Positions 10,335 to 21,793 of a stretch of 64,000 nt of DNA are shown here, in pieces. The stretch is from Minisyncoccota bacterium. GTDB lineage: Bacteria; Patescibacteriota; Minisyncoccia; Phycocordibacterales; GWA1-40-21. The notes under the pieces were generated by a model. The model was not told the origin of the DNA. It was given only the letters and a program-made list of their open reading frames with translations, and made no database searches. The position numbers were made by a program, and so were the translations under genes. Within the stretch, counting starts at the first letter, position 1. Every line of letters begins with the position of its first letter. The stretch spans positions 84,403 to 148,402 of the forward strand of contig JBAZRH010000001.1 of the NCBI GenBank assembly GCA_041663045.1, read 5' to 3'.

Positions 10335-13300
10335 GTGAATTTTGAGGAACAATATAAAGCACTGAATAAAGAACAGAAAAAGGCGGTAGACACTATAGAG
10401 GGACCGCTTCTTGTCGTGGCTGGCCCTGGGTCTGGCAAAACGCAGATTTTGAGTTTGCGTGTCGGGGAAATATTGAAGAATACTCAAGCGAGGGCTTCAA
10501 ATATTTTGTGCTTGACATTCACCGAATCCGCAAGCGCAAATATGCGAAAACGTCTTGCGACTTTTATAGGTGCCGAGGCTTATCGTGTTGCTATACACAC
10601 CTTTCATAGTTTTTGTGTGGAGATAATACAAAAATATCCGGAATATTTTTATAGTGGAGCTTTTTTCTCTGCAGCGGATGAACTTACTCAAGTGAAAATA
10701 TTAGAAGAGATATTTGAGAATCTCCCAAGGAAAAATCCATTAAAATCTGTCCATCCGGAGCAAGGCTTTGTATATTTGAAAGACACTCTCAAAGTGATTA
10801 GCTATTTTAAAAAAGCGGGTATTACTCCAGAAGAATTTAATAAAATTTTGGAACACAATGAAAGCCTTTTGCCGGAAGTGAATAAGATTTTGGCGAAAGT
10901 CTTTTCCGAAAGAGTAAGTAAAGGAAGTATTGAAAAAGCCAGTTCGGCACTTCTCGATTTTGAGGGTCTTACAAAGAAAAGTGCGGGTGATTTTCCGTCA
11001 CCGTATTTGAAAGATCTCGTCTCAAGTATTACTGAATCTTTCAGGATAGCGGTGGACAAGGCAAATGAAGATGGTAAGGCTTCGGAGCTTTCAGCATGGA
11101 GAGAAAAATGGATAAAGAAAGACAATAAAGATAGGCCGGTGTTTAAAGACACTCAAAATATGGAAAAGCTTCATGCTCTTGCCGATATTTATGAGAAGTA
11201 TAAAAACACAATGCATGAGAAGGGTTACTATGATTTTGACGATATGATACTCGATGTCTTGGAAACTCTTCTGAAAAACCAATCTCTGCGATATGAAATA
11301 CAAGAACAGTATCAGTATATTTTGGTGGATGAATTTCAGGATACAAACGATGCGCAGATGAGACTTTTAAGATTTATTACAGACGCGCCAGTGCATGAGG
11401 GTAAGCCGAATATTATGGCGGTGGGTGATGACGATCAAGCGGTTTATAAATTTCAGGGAGCAGAACTTTCTAATATTTTAAATTTCAAGAATACATTTAA
11501 AGATGTACAAACTGTGACAATGACAGCGAATTATCGTTCCACGCAGGATATTTTGGACATTGCTTCGCATATTATAAAAAAGGGGAGTAAACGTCTCGAG
11601 ACTATTTTACCGGAAATAGAGAAAAACCTTATTGCCTCAAATGAGAGAATCGGCAAAGGAGAAATAGTAAATAAAGAATTTCCGACTTCCGCACATGAGC
11701 TTCATTTTATTTCAAGAGAAATTAAAAAACTTGTTGATAGTGGGCAAAATCCGGAAGAGATAGCTGTGATTGCCAGAAAACATTGGCAACTTGAAGAGGT
11801 CGTGCCCTATCTTGCTGGTGTAAATATCTCAATACGATATGAAAGAGAGCAAAATGTCTTGAAGGAGCCACATGTGGTCGAGCTTATAGATATTGCAAGA
11901 TTTGTCGCTTCAATCGGTAAAAAAGAGAAAGATGAATCGGACGAACTTTTGCCGAAAATACTTTGCTTTCCATTTTGGGGTATAAGTAGAGAAACTGTTT
12001 GGAAAATATCTCTTGCTTCAAGACGCGCTCCAGAAGGCAAGACTTGGCTTGAAAATATGCTTGAATATTCCGATGAGAAAGTACAAAATATCGCAAAGTT
12101 TTTTATAGATCTTGGGGCAAGGGCCGAAAATGAACCACTTGAAAGGGTTTTGGATGAAGTAATCGGTGCAAGGGTCAGCACGGCAAAAGATAATGAAGAC
12201 GATTCAGACGATGAAGTAGAGGGTATAAAGTATAAGTATGAGGGAACAGAGAAGTTTTCTAGTCCTTTTAGAGATTTTTATTTCAGCAAAGACAAATTTG
12301 AACATGCCAGGGCAGAATACATTTCTTTTCTTTCCAGTTTAAGGACATTTATCAGTGCTTTGCGTGAATACAAGAGTGGCGAAATTCTTGCAATAAAAGA
12401 CCTCGTCGAATTTGTAGAGCTTCATGAGAAGAATAAGATTTCAGTAAATGATCAAGGACCTTTTTCTAAACTCGGTAAGGCGGTAAACCTACTCACAGCA
12501 CACAGGGCAAAGGGGCTTGAATTTGAGACAGTTTTCGTGCTTTCTTGCCAAGATGATATCTGGGCGGGCAGAGGTATGCCTAAGAAAATCGTATTGCCGG
12601 CAAATATGCCAATAGAACCAGCCGGAGACACGGAAGATGACCAATTACGCCTGTTTTATGTGGCTATAACGCGTGCCAAGCAACATTTATACCTGACCTC
12701 GTATCTATTAGGGGAAAAGGGTAAAAGTGCCCAAAAACTGCGTTTTCTGATGCCTGGGGAGGATAATAAAGAGCTTGAAAATAAGGCTCTTAAAAAGGCG
12801 TATTTTGCCGATAATTCTTCCGAAAAAAGTGAGGAACCAGAGGCGAGTGAAGTGCTTACAGCCTCATGGCTTTCATATCATACGGCACCATTTCTCGGTT
12901 CGGAAAAGAAGCTTCTCCAATCGCTTCTTGAAGATTATAAACTCTCGGTGACGCATTTAAATAATTTTCTAAATGTTGAAAAAGGAGGTCCACAATATTT
13001 CTTGGAGAATAATCTTTTGAGATTCCCACAAGCAAAGACTCTTTCAAATTCTTTCGGGACGGCGATGCATTCTACACTTGAGAAAGCTGTAATTGAATTA
13101 AAAAATGTCGGGAAATTACCGAGTATAGAAAAAGTTTGTAAATGGCTTTCGGAATTTTTGAAAAAAGAAAGATTACCGTTGGCAGATTTTAAAGAACTTT
13201 TGGAGAGGGGGGAAGAAGCACTTAACGCCTTTTGGAAAGAGAGAAGTAAAGATTTCAATACAAAAGATGTAATCGAATTTAATTTTAAAGACCAAGGGGT

Positions 13301-13748
13301 TGTGGTAAGTGGGGCAAGTCTTTCCGGGAAAATAGACAGAATTGTAAACCTTGGAGGAGGTGAGCTTGAAGTACATGATTATAAGACCGGCAAAGCACCC
13401 AAAAATGAATGGGTAGGTAAAGAGCCTTATGAAAAAGTGAAGCTTCATGAATATGAAAGACAGTTGGTTTTTTATAGATTACTTGTAGAGAATTCACGTG
13501 AATTTAGTGACAGGGGAGTGAAAGTAAAAATGGGTGTTTTGGATTTTGTCGAACCGAGAGAGAAGGATGGGAAAATAGTAAGTTTATCAATCGACATCAC
13601 AGACGAGAAAAGAGATAGACTAGAAAAGCTTATTCAAAAAGTTTATGAGAAAATAATGGATTTAGATTTTCCGGATATAAGCAAATACGCTAAGGATTTG
13701 AAAGGAATAGAGCAATTTGAGGAGGATCTTTTGGAGGGTAAGATATAA
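10335..13748 (+). CDS. UvrD/PcrA-like SF1 helicase fused to C-terminal PD-(D/E)XK nuclease (AddA/AdnB-like)
   Basis: [43 protein letters not shown]; GKIDR...HDYKTG. Confidence 0.92.
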   Translation: MNFEEQYKALNKEQKKAVDTIEGPLLVVAGPGSGKTQILSLRVGEILKNTQARASNILCLTFTESASANMRKRLATFIGAEAYRVAIHTFHSFCVEIIQKYPEYFYSGAFFSAADELTQVKILEEIFENLPRKNPLKSVHPEQGFVYLKDTLKVISYFKKAGITPEEFNKILEHNESLLPEVNKILAKVFSERVSKGSIEKASSALLDFEGLTKKSAGDFPSPYLKDLVSSITESFRIAVDKANEDGKASELSAWREKWIKKDNKDRPVFKDTQNMEKLHALADIYEKYKNTMHEKGYYDFDDMILDVLETLLKNQSLRYEIQEQYQYILVDEFQDTNDAQMRLLRFITDAPVHEGKPNIMAVGDDDQAVYKFQGAELSNILNFKNTFKDVQTVTMTANYRSTQDILDIASHIIKKGSKRLETILPEIEKNLIASNERIGKGEIVNKEFPTSAHELHFISREIKKLVDSGQNPEEIAVIARKHWQLEEVVPYLAGVNISIRYEREQNVLKEPHVVELIDIARFVASIGKKEKDESDELLPKILCFPFWGISRETVWKISLASRRAPEGKTWLENMLEYSDEKVQNIAKFFIDLGARAENEPLERVLDEVIGARVSTAKDNEDDSDDEVEGIKYKYEGTEKFSSPFRDFYFSKDKFEHARAEYISFLSSLRTFISALREYKSGEILAIKDLVEFVELHEKNKISVNDQGPFSKLGKAVNLLTAHRAKGLEFETVFVLSCQDDIWAGRGMPKKIVLPANMPIEPAGDTEDDQLRLFYVAITRAKQHLYLTSYLLGEKGKSAQKLRFLMPGEDNKELENKALKKAYFADNSSEKSEEPEASEVLTASWLSYHTAPFLGSEKKLLQSLLEDYKLSVTHLNNFLNVEKGGPQYFLENNLLRFPQAKTLSNSFGTAMHSTLEKAVIELKNVGKLPSIEKVCKWLSEFLKKERLPLADFKELLERGEEALNAFWKERSKDFNTKDVIEFNFKDQGVVVSGASLSGKIDRIVNLGGGELEVHDYKTGKAPKNEWVGKEPYEKVKLHEYERQLVFYRLLVENSREFSDRGVKVKMGVLDFVEPREKDGKIVSLSIDITDEKRDRLEKLIQKVYEKIMDLDFPDISKYAKDLKGIEQFEEDLLEGKI

Positions 13749-13760
13749 ATATTGTTTTTA

Positions 13761-15707
13761 CTATTCCTTAGGATATTTAGACATTATAATTGGAAAATAT
13801 TGATCTATCGGTATTTTTTCAGCCAGATATTGACTCCCAAAAAGGCTTAAGTGGTTGTTGTCTTTATATAAGAATTGATTATTTATTGTTATAAAACATT
13901 CGGTCTGATTGCATAATACAGAAGATGGATCGATGTTTATGATTTGTGGGTATTTCTTTTTTAGATTGTCTATTCGTCTATTCATACCGGAAATCATTTT
14001 GTCGTATGACTTTCTAGGGAAGGAACAGCCCGTAGTTTTATTCTGCGTAGAGGACAGTGGACGATCGATACATTTTGTCAAATCAAAAGGTATTGTTGGT
14101 GTTTGCGTAAACCAGATCAATTTAATATTATTCGGAAAGTATGAGAGAATATTATCCATACCTTCTCGAAAAAGGTCTCTATTCTTGGACCAAGCATTAT
14201 TCGATATTATTATCGCTTTAGGTTTTCCTAAAAGGACTGTATTGATAACATTTCTTATATTTATATCACAACTCTTTTGTTGTTGGACCGGCATACTCTT
14301 TACGTCTAATAATGAACAGGCACCAATGCCTATGTTGATTACTGTATAACCCCTTTCTGTTAATATTTTACTATAACCCATATAGATAGATTTTGTATGT
14401 GAATCTCCAATTATAAACACACGATTATTACCATCTCCGTTCGCAAAACATATGAGTTTATAAATACTTTGTGGAAAAAGTTTTTTACAAAGTGTTTTAC
14501 CGTCTATTCTCTCTGAGGCTGTTTTAAGTGCATTTTCTTGGATCGGGAAGCGAAAATCAAATCCATGATTTAAATATACAAGTATGCCTCCACTACCTAC
14601 TAATAACATAATACAGCATAATATTATTGGAATATTTCTTATTTTTGTGTGCCGTATAGGCATTTCTATTAACCTGTATGTAATCCAGGCAAATAAGAAG
14701 CTAAATATAATTAAAATTAACTTTACAATCGTAGATACTGCCCCAGAATTGATTATTGTTGCAAATGATAATAATGGCCAATGCCAAAGATAGAGAGGGT
14801 AGCTAATCAGACCTATAAAGACCAACATTTTATTTGAAAGTATATTTTTATTTACCCAAGCTTGTGGCCCAGATGCTATAAGTAAGATTACCCCGATTAT
14901 CGACATAACGACAATACCGCTATGGAAGTTGGAATCATTAATTATAAAAGCAGATAAAACTATCAGAATAATTCCTAACCATGATAATGTGTTATAAATA
15001 AAAGAGTCGGACATATTTTTTATTTTTAGTCTGATAGCTATATTATTTATTAGTCCTCCTTTTAATATAGTGAAATAAGCTAAGAGAGCACCCCCCATAA
15101 GTTCCCAAAAGCGTGTGAAGGGTAGATAAAAAGCTGTGGCAGGGCTTTTAAAGCCCAAGTATATATTTAAAAAGAAAGATATAAGTAATATAATAAATAT
15201 CGTCTGGGGGATTCTTTTAATCTTTTTATATATAAAGACAAGCAGAATCGGCCAAAGTATATAAAACTGTTCCTCGACACCTAGTGACCACAAATGTATC
15301 AATGGTTTTAAAGTAGAGGATATATCGAAATACCCTGATTCAAGCCAGTAAATTATATTTGCAATAAAACCAGCACCAGAAGCTATATTTTTACCGAGAG
15401 AAGCGTATTCTCCGGAAAAAAGTAAAAACCAGCCGGCTATTAGACAGGCTATAAGTACCAATATTAATGATGGGAATATTCTTTTTATACGACGTCTATA
15501 GAAGTCTATATAACTAAATTGATTATTTTCAAGTGCCTTTAATATTATTCCGGATATTAAATATCCTGATATGACAAAGAATATATCCACACCAATAAAA
15601 CCACCCGCAAGTATTGTTGGGAAAGCATGGAATATTATTACCAGTAGTACAGCCAACGCCCTAAGCCCATCTATATCTTTGCGATAATTTAATAAAGTAT
15701 CACTCAT
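13761..15707 (-). CDS. OafA/OatA-like O-acyltransferase (acyltransferase-3 + SGNH)
   Basis: YRKDIDGLRALAV, GVDIFFVISGYLI, HLWSLGVEEQFY, ISYPLYLWHWP; GDSH and DNNH SGNH motifs. Confidence 0.92.
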   Translation of the reverse strand: MSDTLLNYRKDIDGLRALAVLLVIIFHAFPTILAGGFIGVDIFFVISGYLISGIILKALENNQFSYIDFYRRRIKRIFPSLILVLIACLIAGWFLLFSGEYASLGKNIASGAGFIANIIYWLESGYFDISSTLKPLIHLWSLGVEEQFYILWPILLVFIYKKIKRIPQTIFIILLISFFLNIYLGFKSPATAFYLPFTRFWELMGGALLAYFTILKGGLINNIAIRLKIKNMSDSFIYNTLSWLGIILIVLSAFIINDSNFHSGIVVMSIIGVILLIASGPQAWVNKNILSNKMLVFIGLISYPLYLWHWPLLSFATIINSGAVSTIVKLILIIFSFLFAWITYRLIEMPIRHTKIRNIPIILCCIMLLVGSGGILVYLNHGFDFRFPIQENALKTASERIDGKTLCKKLFPQSIYKLICFANGDGNNRVFIIGDSHTKSIYMGYSKILTERGYTVINIGIGACSLLDVKSMPVQQQKSCDINIRNVINTVLLGKPKAIIISNNAWSKNRDLFREGMDNILSYFPNNIKLIWFTQTPTIPFDLTKCIDRPLSSTQNKTTGCSFPRKSYDKMISGMNRRIDNLKKKYPQIINIDPSSVLCNQTECFITINNQFLYKDNNHLSLFGSQYLAEKIPIDQYFPIIMSKYPKE

Positions 15708-15712
15708 AAGAC

Positions 15713-18700
15713 CTAAGTTATACTATTTTCTTCAAGTATTTTGACGACCTCGTCATATGATGAGATTTTGTATGATTCTTTCCAGCCGTCTTTACTTTCA
15801 GCCTTAGTTAGGGAGATTTTATGAATACTTTGATTAAGCTTTTTCGTGTCAGCAATGATTTTCATATTTCTTAATATCATAGGATTGGCTCTTCTTTCAA
15901 GAACTGTGATCTTTGCCCTAACCTCATTTAAGAATATTAATGTATGAAATGCCGAACCATTGAATCCCGCTATATGTTTGGCTGAAGCTAAGGTCATTAT
16001 CTGTTCTTTGATCGCATGTTTTTCAGGATGAAATATCATCCACCCTTTTGTAGCGAGAATTTTTTCAAGTTCGTCTTCGTTTGTTATGATCGATTTTGAA
16101 TTTCTTGGTTGAATCATTGATCTTGATAACCAAAGCTTCTTATCCTCAGATTCTTTCGTATCAAAGATGGCAAGGCTTTTTGCATGTTCTACGTCGAAGA
16201 ATTCTCTAAGTAGTAGACCAGGAGTAGGGATAATCAATCTTTCTACTATTGTCGGCTTTTGTATGATAATTTGTTCATTTTTAATATTCAATAAAGATAA
16301 GATCTCCTTCTGCCAATGGTTAGGTTCTGCGGAATTATACATGGGAATCCATATTATAGGTATTTCTGGATGTTTCTTGATATACCAAATTCTTGACAGA
16401 CCTTCGAGAATGAAATGACCGAAATGACTTTGTAAATGACCAGCAAATATATATGTGCCCTTCAAGATTCCTGTGGGCTTTATCGTATTTCTAGAGAATG
16501 TGAATTGTCCATCCTCAATTCTTTTAGGCATCTCTTTAAGACGCAATTTCCCTTCAGAATCGACGACTCCTAATATAGCTTTTCCTCGCATATCTGTTAG
16601 GCATGGGGCGAGAATTGCTTGTTCGATGGTCTCCACTAGTAGTTCATGGTTTGACCTCGAACTATTTGTATTATTACTTTTTTGTTCTTCCTGCGTCTTT
16701 AGTGATTTAGTATATTTTTCTCTCCATAGAGTAGCATACCCCCCGAATCTCTTTTCTGCAAAATCAAAATCTTCTTTAAATGTATTCGCATAGAAATCAC
16801 GAATATTCTCTGGCATATCGGATGGTTTGCCTACAAATATTTTTTCTTTTGATCTTGGAAAATATTTGTCTTTGTATCTTACGTTTAGAAAATCACATAT
16901 TTGTCTTAATAATTTTAATGGATCATTTACTATATCATCATAGAAACCATAGAATATATTCTCTTTTGGAAAGACATTTTCCCAATTCTCTACTATTTCT
17001 TTTATCTTGCTTCTATTTATAATAAATGGTTTGTTATAACACAAGGTAGGATCGATTCCCTTCGTATCAGCCCACATTCTAGATGCAGACCATGCCCGGT
17101 CAATAGGGTTCCTTAGTAATAAGATGATTTTCATTTTAGGATTTACTTTTCGGCAATGTCTTATCTCATTTATAGATAAGATAGAATAGTCTGGTGTGAA
17201 ATCTCCAGTCAGCATACTAGCCGGGGCTGATTCCCATAAGCTTTCGTAGTATCTATCGTCGAGATTTTTTGTAAAGCCAAATTTATTGAAAAATTTCAGG
17301 TCACTTAATATCGGTCCTATACCACCTAGTTTCTGATTTAATGCCCGTGGTATTTTCTCGAGCAATCTCTTCATATTTCTTGCTGCAGATAAAAGCCTTC
17401 TTTCAGCTATCATCGGCCCAGCATGTATTTCATCGAAGTAGTGCACTTCCTTTATCGGGAGTGCCCAGAAATTTGGATGCCTTTTAATATTTTCATAGAG
17501 CCATGTGGTACCAGCCTTTTGCATACCAATACAGAGGAAATCCGGTCTCGATCTTTCCTTCAGTATATCTTTGAAATACTTACCAAGTAGGTTATTTTTG
17601 AGTGCTCTTTTAATAAATGCAGTTCTAATCCTGAACCTCCAGAACGTACTTAAAATATTACCCGTATTCTTAATTGATTTAATATATTCTAGAGTATTTT
17701 CTATAATCTCTTCACACTTTTCTTTTGACATCCTACTTTTATATTCTGATATAAAATCTGTATCCACATGACTTCCATATATATTTTCTTTAAACTTTGT
17801 ACTAGAAATATCCATGTACTTATCATTATATTCCAAACCACAATGTTTGAATATTTTTGGTAGTATCTTTTTGGGATATCTACATAATTCTTCATAGGAT
17901 ACTACCATTATCCTATCTTTATTCTGACCCAGTAAAGCATATTTCAGAGCGATATAATAAGAAAGTAAATGATTGAATGACGCAGGATATTTCTCCTTGA
18001 ACCATTCGTCTATCATTTCATTTCTATCGATGTTTCGTAACCCTATGTCATGTTTACAAGACGACCATACGAGTGATCTCGGGTCCCTTATAATCGCTAC
18101 ACATGGGACACCCGGAGCTTTTTCTAAGACTTCCTCAAGTCTTTGCATATATCTTGGTGTCTTGTCGATGATTTTGTTATTATTGATTACTAACGGGGAG
18201 ATTTCTCTAAGTCGTGAATATGCTTCTGCAAAATCGTCAGTATCACATATTTTGTCCAGATCTCCTTTCTTAATTTTCCAACCATCAAGCATATTTTTAT
18301 AGAACGGGTCAAAACCTATAAAGTCTCTTGGCTTATCTACAAGTAAAAAACCTATTTCAAATCCGGAGTTTATAGATGGATGATTGCTCAATATGTCCAT
18401 GAGCATCGTTGTCCCACTATGCTCATGACCACAGATTATTGCTTGAACACTGTCTTTGATCTTTCTAGTACCCGTCTCTTTTATAGTAGCCTTTATCTTT
18501 GGGTTCTCGTGACGCACGTTTTTTATTAAAAAGTTGCTCCCTTTCAAGTTTAGATAATACTCTCTTTTTTTTGCAAAGTCTACATAAATAATATCTTTTA
18601 TATTATTAAGATCTTCGTTCAAGACATCCTCTGGCTTTCCTTTTGTAATTATTCCCAAGCCTTGATCGCAATCAAGTGTAAAGATATTCAGATCTTTTCT

Positions 18701-19177
18701 TGAAGATCTCAAGTAAATCAAGGTTTTGTATACGTCGCCGTTCCAGGCGGTGCTTTTATCACCATCTCTTTGTCTCAATTTGCGCGCATCAGATTGTGTC
18801 TTTTGTGCCGCCGCCTCTGATTTTGGATTGCAATCGTGTACTACAACAAAACCGTTTTTGTTCAAATGATCGAGGGAATTATTTATGTCTTTCAGCGATT
18901 GTTCGTATGTGTGAAGACCATCTACAAATACGACATCAAGCTCGATATCTCCTATGAGAGAATCATATTCTTTGAAAAATCTATCACTTGTTATTTCATG
19001 ATATGATTCATTTGGTTTTTTTGAATATCCTGGTGGCAATCCAAATCTCGGATCGACAGCGATTTTCTTGTCGACCCTAATCTTTGAAAAGTTATTCCCC
19101 TTAGCGACACCAATTTCTAGATAAGTTTTTGCTCCAATCCTATCAATGAAGTGTTGTATAACATCCGTTCTGTTCAT
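15713..19177 (-). CDS. Multidomain glycan-modifying protein: class I SAM methyltransferase + two sulfotransferase domains + GT61/DUF563-like domain
   Basis: YLEIGV/FVDGLHTYE/VHDC; CGHEHSGTT...DKTP...RDPR; CIGMQKAGTTWL...KEVHYFD...LRNPIDRAWS; HFGHFILEGLSR...GSAFH. Confidence 0.8.
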   Translation of the reverse strand: MNRTDVIQHFIDRIGAKTYLEIGVAKGNNFSKIRVDKKIAVDPRFGLPPGYSKKPNESYHEITSDRFFKEYDSLIGDIELDVVFVDGLHTYEQSLKDINNSLDHLNKNGFVVVHDCNPKSEAAAQKTQSDARKLRQRDGDKSTAWNGDVYKTLIYLRSSRKDLNIFTLDCDQGLGIITKGKPEDVLNEDLNNIKDIIYVDFAKKREYYLNLKGSNFLIKNVRHENPKIKATIKETGTRKIKDSVQAIICGHEHSGTTMLMDILSNHPSINSGFEIGFLLVDKPRDFIGFDPFYKNMLDGWKIKKGDLDKICDTDDFAEAYSRLREISPLVINNNKIIDKTPRYMQRLEEVLEKAPGVPCVAIIRDPRSLVWSSCKHDIGLRNIDRNEMIDEWFKEKYPASFNHLLSYYIALKYALLGQNKDRIMVVSYEELCRYPKKILPKIFKHCGLEYNDKYMDISSTKFKENIYGSHVDTDFISEYKSRMSKEKCEEIIENTLEYIKSIKNTGNILSTFWRFRIRTAFIKRALKNNLLGKYFKDILKERSRPDFLCIGMQKAGTTWLYENIKRHPNFWALPIKEVHYFDEIHAGPMIAERRLLSAARNMKRLLEKIPRALNQKLGGIGPILSDLKFFNKFGFTKNLDDRYYESLWESAPASMLTGDFTPDYSILSINEIRHCRKVNPKMKIILLLRNPIDRAWSASRMWADTKGIDPTLCYNKPFIINRSKIKEIVENWENVFPKENIFYGFYDDIVNDPLKLLRQICDFLNVRYKDKYFPRSKEKIFVGKPSDMPENIRDFYANTFKEDFDFAEKRFGGYATLWREKYTKSLKTQEEQKSNNTNSSRSNHELLVETIEQAILAPCLTDMRGKAILGVVDSEGKLRLKEMPKRIEDGQFTFSRNTIKPTGILKGTYIFAGHLQSHFGHFILEGLSRIWYIKKHPEIPIIWIPMYNSAEPNHWQKEILSLLNIKNEQIIIQKPTIVERLIIPTPGLLLREFFDVEHAKSLAIFDTKESEDKKLWLSRSMIQPRNSKSIITNEDELEKILATKGWMIFHPEKHAIKEQIMTLASAKHIAGFNGSAFHTLIFLNEVRAKITVLERRANPMILRNMKIIADTKKLNQSIHKISLTKAESKDGWKESYKISSYDEVVKILEENSIT

Positions 19178-19190
19178 TTTGGATAAAACT

Positions 19191-19982
19191 CTATTTTACA
19201 AGTATGTCGAGTATCGGTGTGATAGCCTGCAAGGGGAGTGCCCCGTTTAAAACTATTTTTGTTTTGTCGCTTGTGATAGAGATATTTTGTGATAGACCGG
19301 ATTTTACTACCAAGTCATTTATTGATTTTTCTACAGGAGAAGTAAGTGCTTTTCTCAAAACTATCAAACTATAAGGTGTGCCTTGAGCTCCAGCTTTTAG
19401 TCCATCCTGATATTGAGCTTCAACGGTGGCCGCATATTTTCCGCTTGAAAGACATGTGTTGAATTTGGCTTGATCCAAACCGATAGCTTTTGCAAAAACC
19501 GGCAAAAGACTAGGATCCATCTGATTGTTCGATGGCGTATTTGTATAAATCTTATCTATCATATTCCAGAAGCCAGTATTTCCAGCAAGCTCATTTGCGC
19601 ATTCTGTCGCCTCAGCTTCTTTCCTTGTCTTTGGGTGAATACTATCAAGAGGGAAATGTCTGTATACCCAAGCTACTTTGCCATCTTTTCCATATTGGTC
19701 GATTATGCTTTGCATTGTGGTATGAAATCTCTTACAGAATGGGCATTCGGTATCGCTGTATTCCAAAATTGCTACATTGGCATTTGGATTGCCTTTAATA
19801 TGATCCGAGCTATCTATCGTCTTAATTGATATTCCAGATGCAACCTGCTTTTTTACAGGTTGATTTGTATTTTGAGAAGGAGAGCTATCCTTGCCAGTCA
19901 GATAAATCGCTCCTGCGATTATAAATCCTGCCAAGAGTATTGCTGCCGGTACATAATAAACTTTGCTTTGTTCTGATGTCAT
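19191..19982 (-). CDS. DsbA-family thiol-disulfide oxidoreductase
   Basis: N-terminal TM, EYSDTECPFCKRFH, YRHFPL, GTP cis-Pro loop. Confidence 0.9.
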   Translation of the reverse strand: MTSEQSKVYYVPAAILLAGFIIAGAIYLTGKDSSPSQNTNQPVKKQVASGISIKTIDSSDHIKGNPNANVAILEYSDTECPFCKRFHTTMQSIIDQYGKDGKVAWVYRHFPLDSIHPKTRKEAEATECANELAGNTGFWNMIDKIYTNTPSNNQMDPSLLPVFAKAIGLDQAKFNTCLSSGKYAATVEAQYQDGLKAGAQGTPYSLIVLRKALTSPVEKSINDLVVKSGLSQNISITSDKTKIVLNGALPLQAITPILDILVK

Positions 19983-20052
19983 CTTTTTATGAATTAATTG
20001 ATAAAAAATTGCGTATGACTATTCTATCACAAAAAGGTATAATGTACGCAAT

Positions 20053-20856
20053 ATGCATATATTTAGCTCAATAATTTTGGGAATTGTCGAGGGAGCAACG
20101 GAATTTATACCGATTTCTTCATCGGGACACTTGATAATCGCGCGTGATATTCTCGGTTGGAATGGTTCAAATAGTCTTTCCTTTGACGCTGTCTTACAGC
20201 TCGCAACCGTTCTGGCTCTTGTGGTTTATTTTTGGAAAGATTTATGGCGACTTATCAAAACTTTCTTTGCAATGATCTTACAAAAGCCTGTTGAACATAG
20301 GGATGTGGTGATGATTTTTGCGATAATTCTCGGCACAATACCGGCTATCATTGGCGGACTCCTTCTGGAAAAACAAATGGAGACTATTTTCAGAAGTGCA
20401 GAGCTTGTAGCTTGGGTACTACTTGTTGGAAGTGCCGTGATGTATTTTGCAGAAAAATTTGCAACGAAAGATAAAATGCTTTCTATAGGGAAAGGCTTTT
20501 GGGTGGGACTTTTTCAATGTCTTGCACTAGTGCCAGGTTTTTCTCGTTCGGGTGCGACGATTTCTGGCGGGCTTTTCTTTGGACTCAATAGGGAAGAAGC
20601 GGCGCGATTCAGCTTTTTGCTTTCAATGCCGATAATCTTTGGTTCTGGTGTAAAAAAGTTTTTAGAGATTTACCACGCTGGCCTTAGTGGTGCTTCTGGT
20701 GTTGAACTTTTAGCCGGTTCGCTTACGGCATTTATTGTCGGCCTCCTCGCTATTGGCTTTTTGATGAAATATTTGAGAAATCATACCCTCAATCTCTTTG
20801 TCTGGTATCGTGTAATCTTGGCGGTAGTGGTTCTCTTGGTTTTACATTTTACTTAG
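20053..20856 (+). CDS. uppP: Undecaprenyl-diphosphatase
   Basis: GIVEGATEFIPISSSGHL, PGFSRSGATI, ARFSFLLS. Confidence 0.96.
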   Translation: MHIFSSIILGIVEGATEFIPISSSGHLIIARDILGWNGSNSLSFDAVLQLATVLALVVYFWKDLWRLIKTFFAMILQKPVEHRDVVMIFAIILGTIPAIIGGLLLEKQMETIFRSAELVAWVLLVGSAVMYFAEKFATKDKMLSIGKGFWVGLFQCLALVPGFSRSGATISGGLFFGLNREEAARFSFLLSMPIIFGSGVKKFLEIYHAGLSGASGVELLAGSLTAFIVGLLAIGFLMKYLRNHTLNLFVWYRVILAVVVLLVLHFT

Positions 20857-20901
20857 TGTAGCCCTTGCGAAAAAAGTCATTTTCGTGTAGTATATTGGGC
20901 T

Positions 20902-21219
20902 ATGGAATTTGCAGTGATAAAAACAGGCGGAAAGCAATATAAAGTTTCAAAGGGCGATACTCTAAAGGTAGAAAAGCTCCTTGGCGACTATAAAGTAGGC
21001 GATAAAATCGTCTTTGATAAAGTTTTGCTTGTTGATAATGGCAAAGACACCACTATCGGCACACCTTTCATAAATGGTGCAAAAGTAGAAGCAACTCTAG
21101 TAAAATCAGCCAAGCTTCCGACCGTCACTGTCATCCACTACAAGCAGAAAAGCAGATATTTCAAGAAAAACGGACACAGACAGCCATACTTCGAAGTCAA
21201 AATAGAAAACATAAAATAA
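20902..21219 (+). CDS. rplU: 50S ribosomal protein bL21
   Basis: AVIKTGGKQYKV, GHRQPY. Confidence 0.97.
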   Translation: MEFAVIKTGGKQYKVSKGDTLKVEKLLGDYKVGDKIVFDKVLLVDNGKDTTIGTPFINGAKVEATLVKSAKLPTVTVIHYKQKSRYFKKNGHRQPYFEVKIENIK

Positions 21220-21225
21220 TTTTTA

Positions 21226-21260
21226 AGTCCCCGAGCCACTCGCTCGGGGACTTATTTTTT
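21226..21260 (+). terminator. Intrinsic terminator of rplU
   Basis: AAGTCCCCGAGC-CACTC-GCTCGGGGACTT followed by ATTTTTT. Confidence 0.85.
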
Positions 21261-21317
21261 ATTAAGTAGACGGGGATATCTTATGATATAATTAATTAAT
21301 AAATTATTAATAAAAAT

Positions 21318-21788
21318 ATGACACCAGAACAAGGATCATTTGAAGATAAAGAACCGATAGTAAATCCTGAAGCAGGAGCAGAGGATGATGGTTTGAATAC
21401 TATCAGGGAAAGAATAGAGAATATTAAAAAGACAAAAAAGAATATGAAGTTTCTACAAGGGCAAGTAGATGCTTTTAATGATGTGTCTTCTGCTGACCAT
21501 ACGGATTTAGACGGATTTGATAAAACTATTAAAACCGAGACCGCTAACGCTATGAAAGAAATAAGCCAACAATTCGATTTATTGAATGACGAAATAAGAA
21601 AGGCTGGTAAAATAGAATCTTCCTCAGGGGCTTCGTATGATGCAAAGAGTGTTATTAATAAGATTGCTTGGGTTAGACAAGACGCACTCTTAGGTAAAGA
21701 TCCAGATTTTAATTCAATAACAAGGTCTCTTAATTTGAGAGATAGAGTTACCAAACTAGTCAATCTGATTTTAGAACTTAAGAGATAA
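21318..21788 (+). CDS. Hypothetical charged/coiled-coil protein
   Basis: 156-aa ORF with upstream TGATATAAT, ends 5 nt before pyrG; no motif recognised. Confidence 0.65.
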   Translation: MTPEQGSFEDKEPIVNPEAGAEDDGLNTIRERIENIKKTKKNMKFLQGQVDAFNDVSSADHTDLDGFDKTIKTETANAMKEISQQFDLLNDEIRKAGKIESSSGASYDAKSVINKIAWVRQDALLGKDPDFNSITRSLNLRDRVTKLVNLILELKR

Positions 21789-21793
21789 AATAA

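Noticed and set aside
10278-10487. N-terminal extension of the aminopeptidase overlapping the helicase gene
   Set aside because: Homology-like sequence begins at MMKSS (10277); the extension is antisense to the helicase start and its promoter
10335-13748. Helicase-nuclease fusion as a novel defence system
   Set aside because: The architecture matches AddA/AdnB-like repair enzymes and there are no defence-type neighbours
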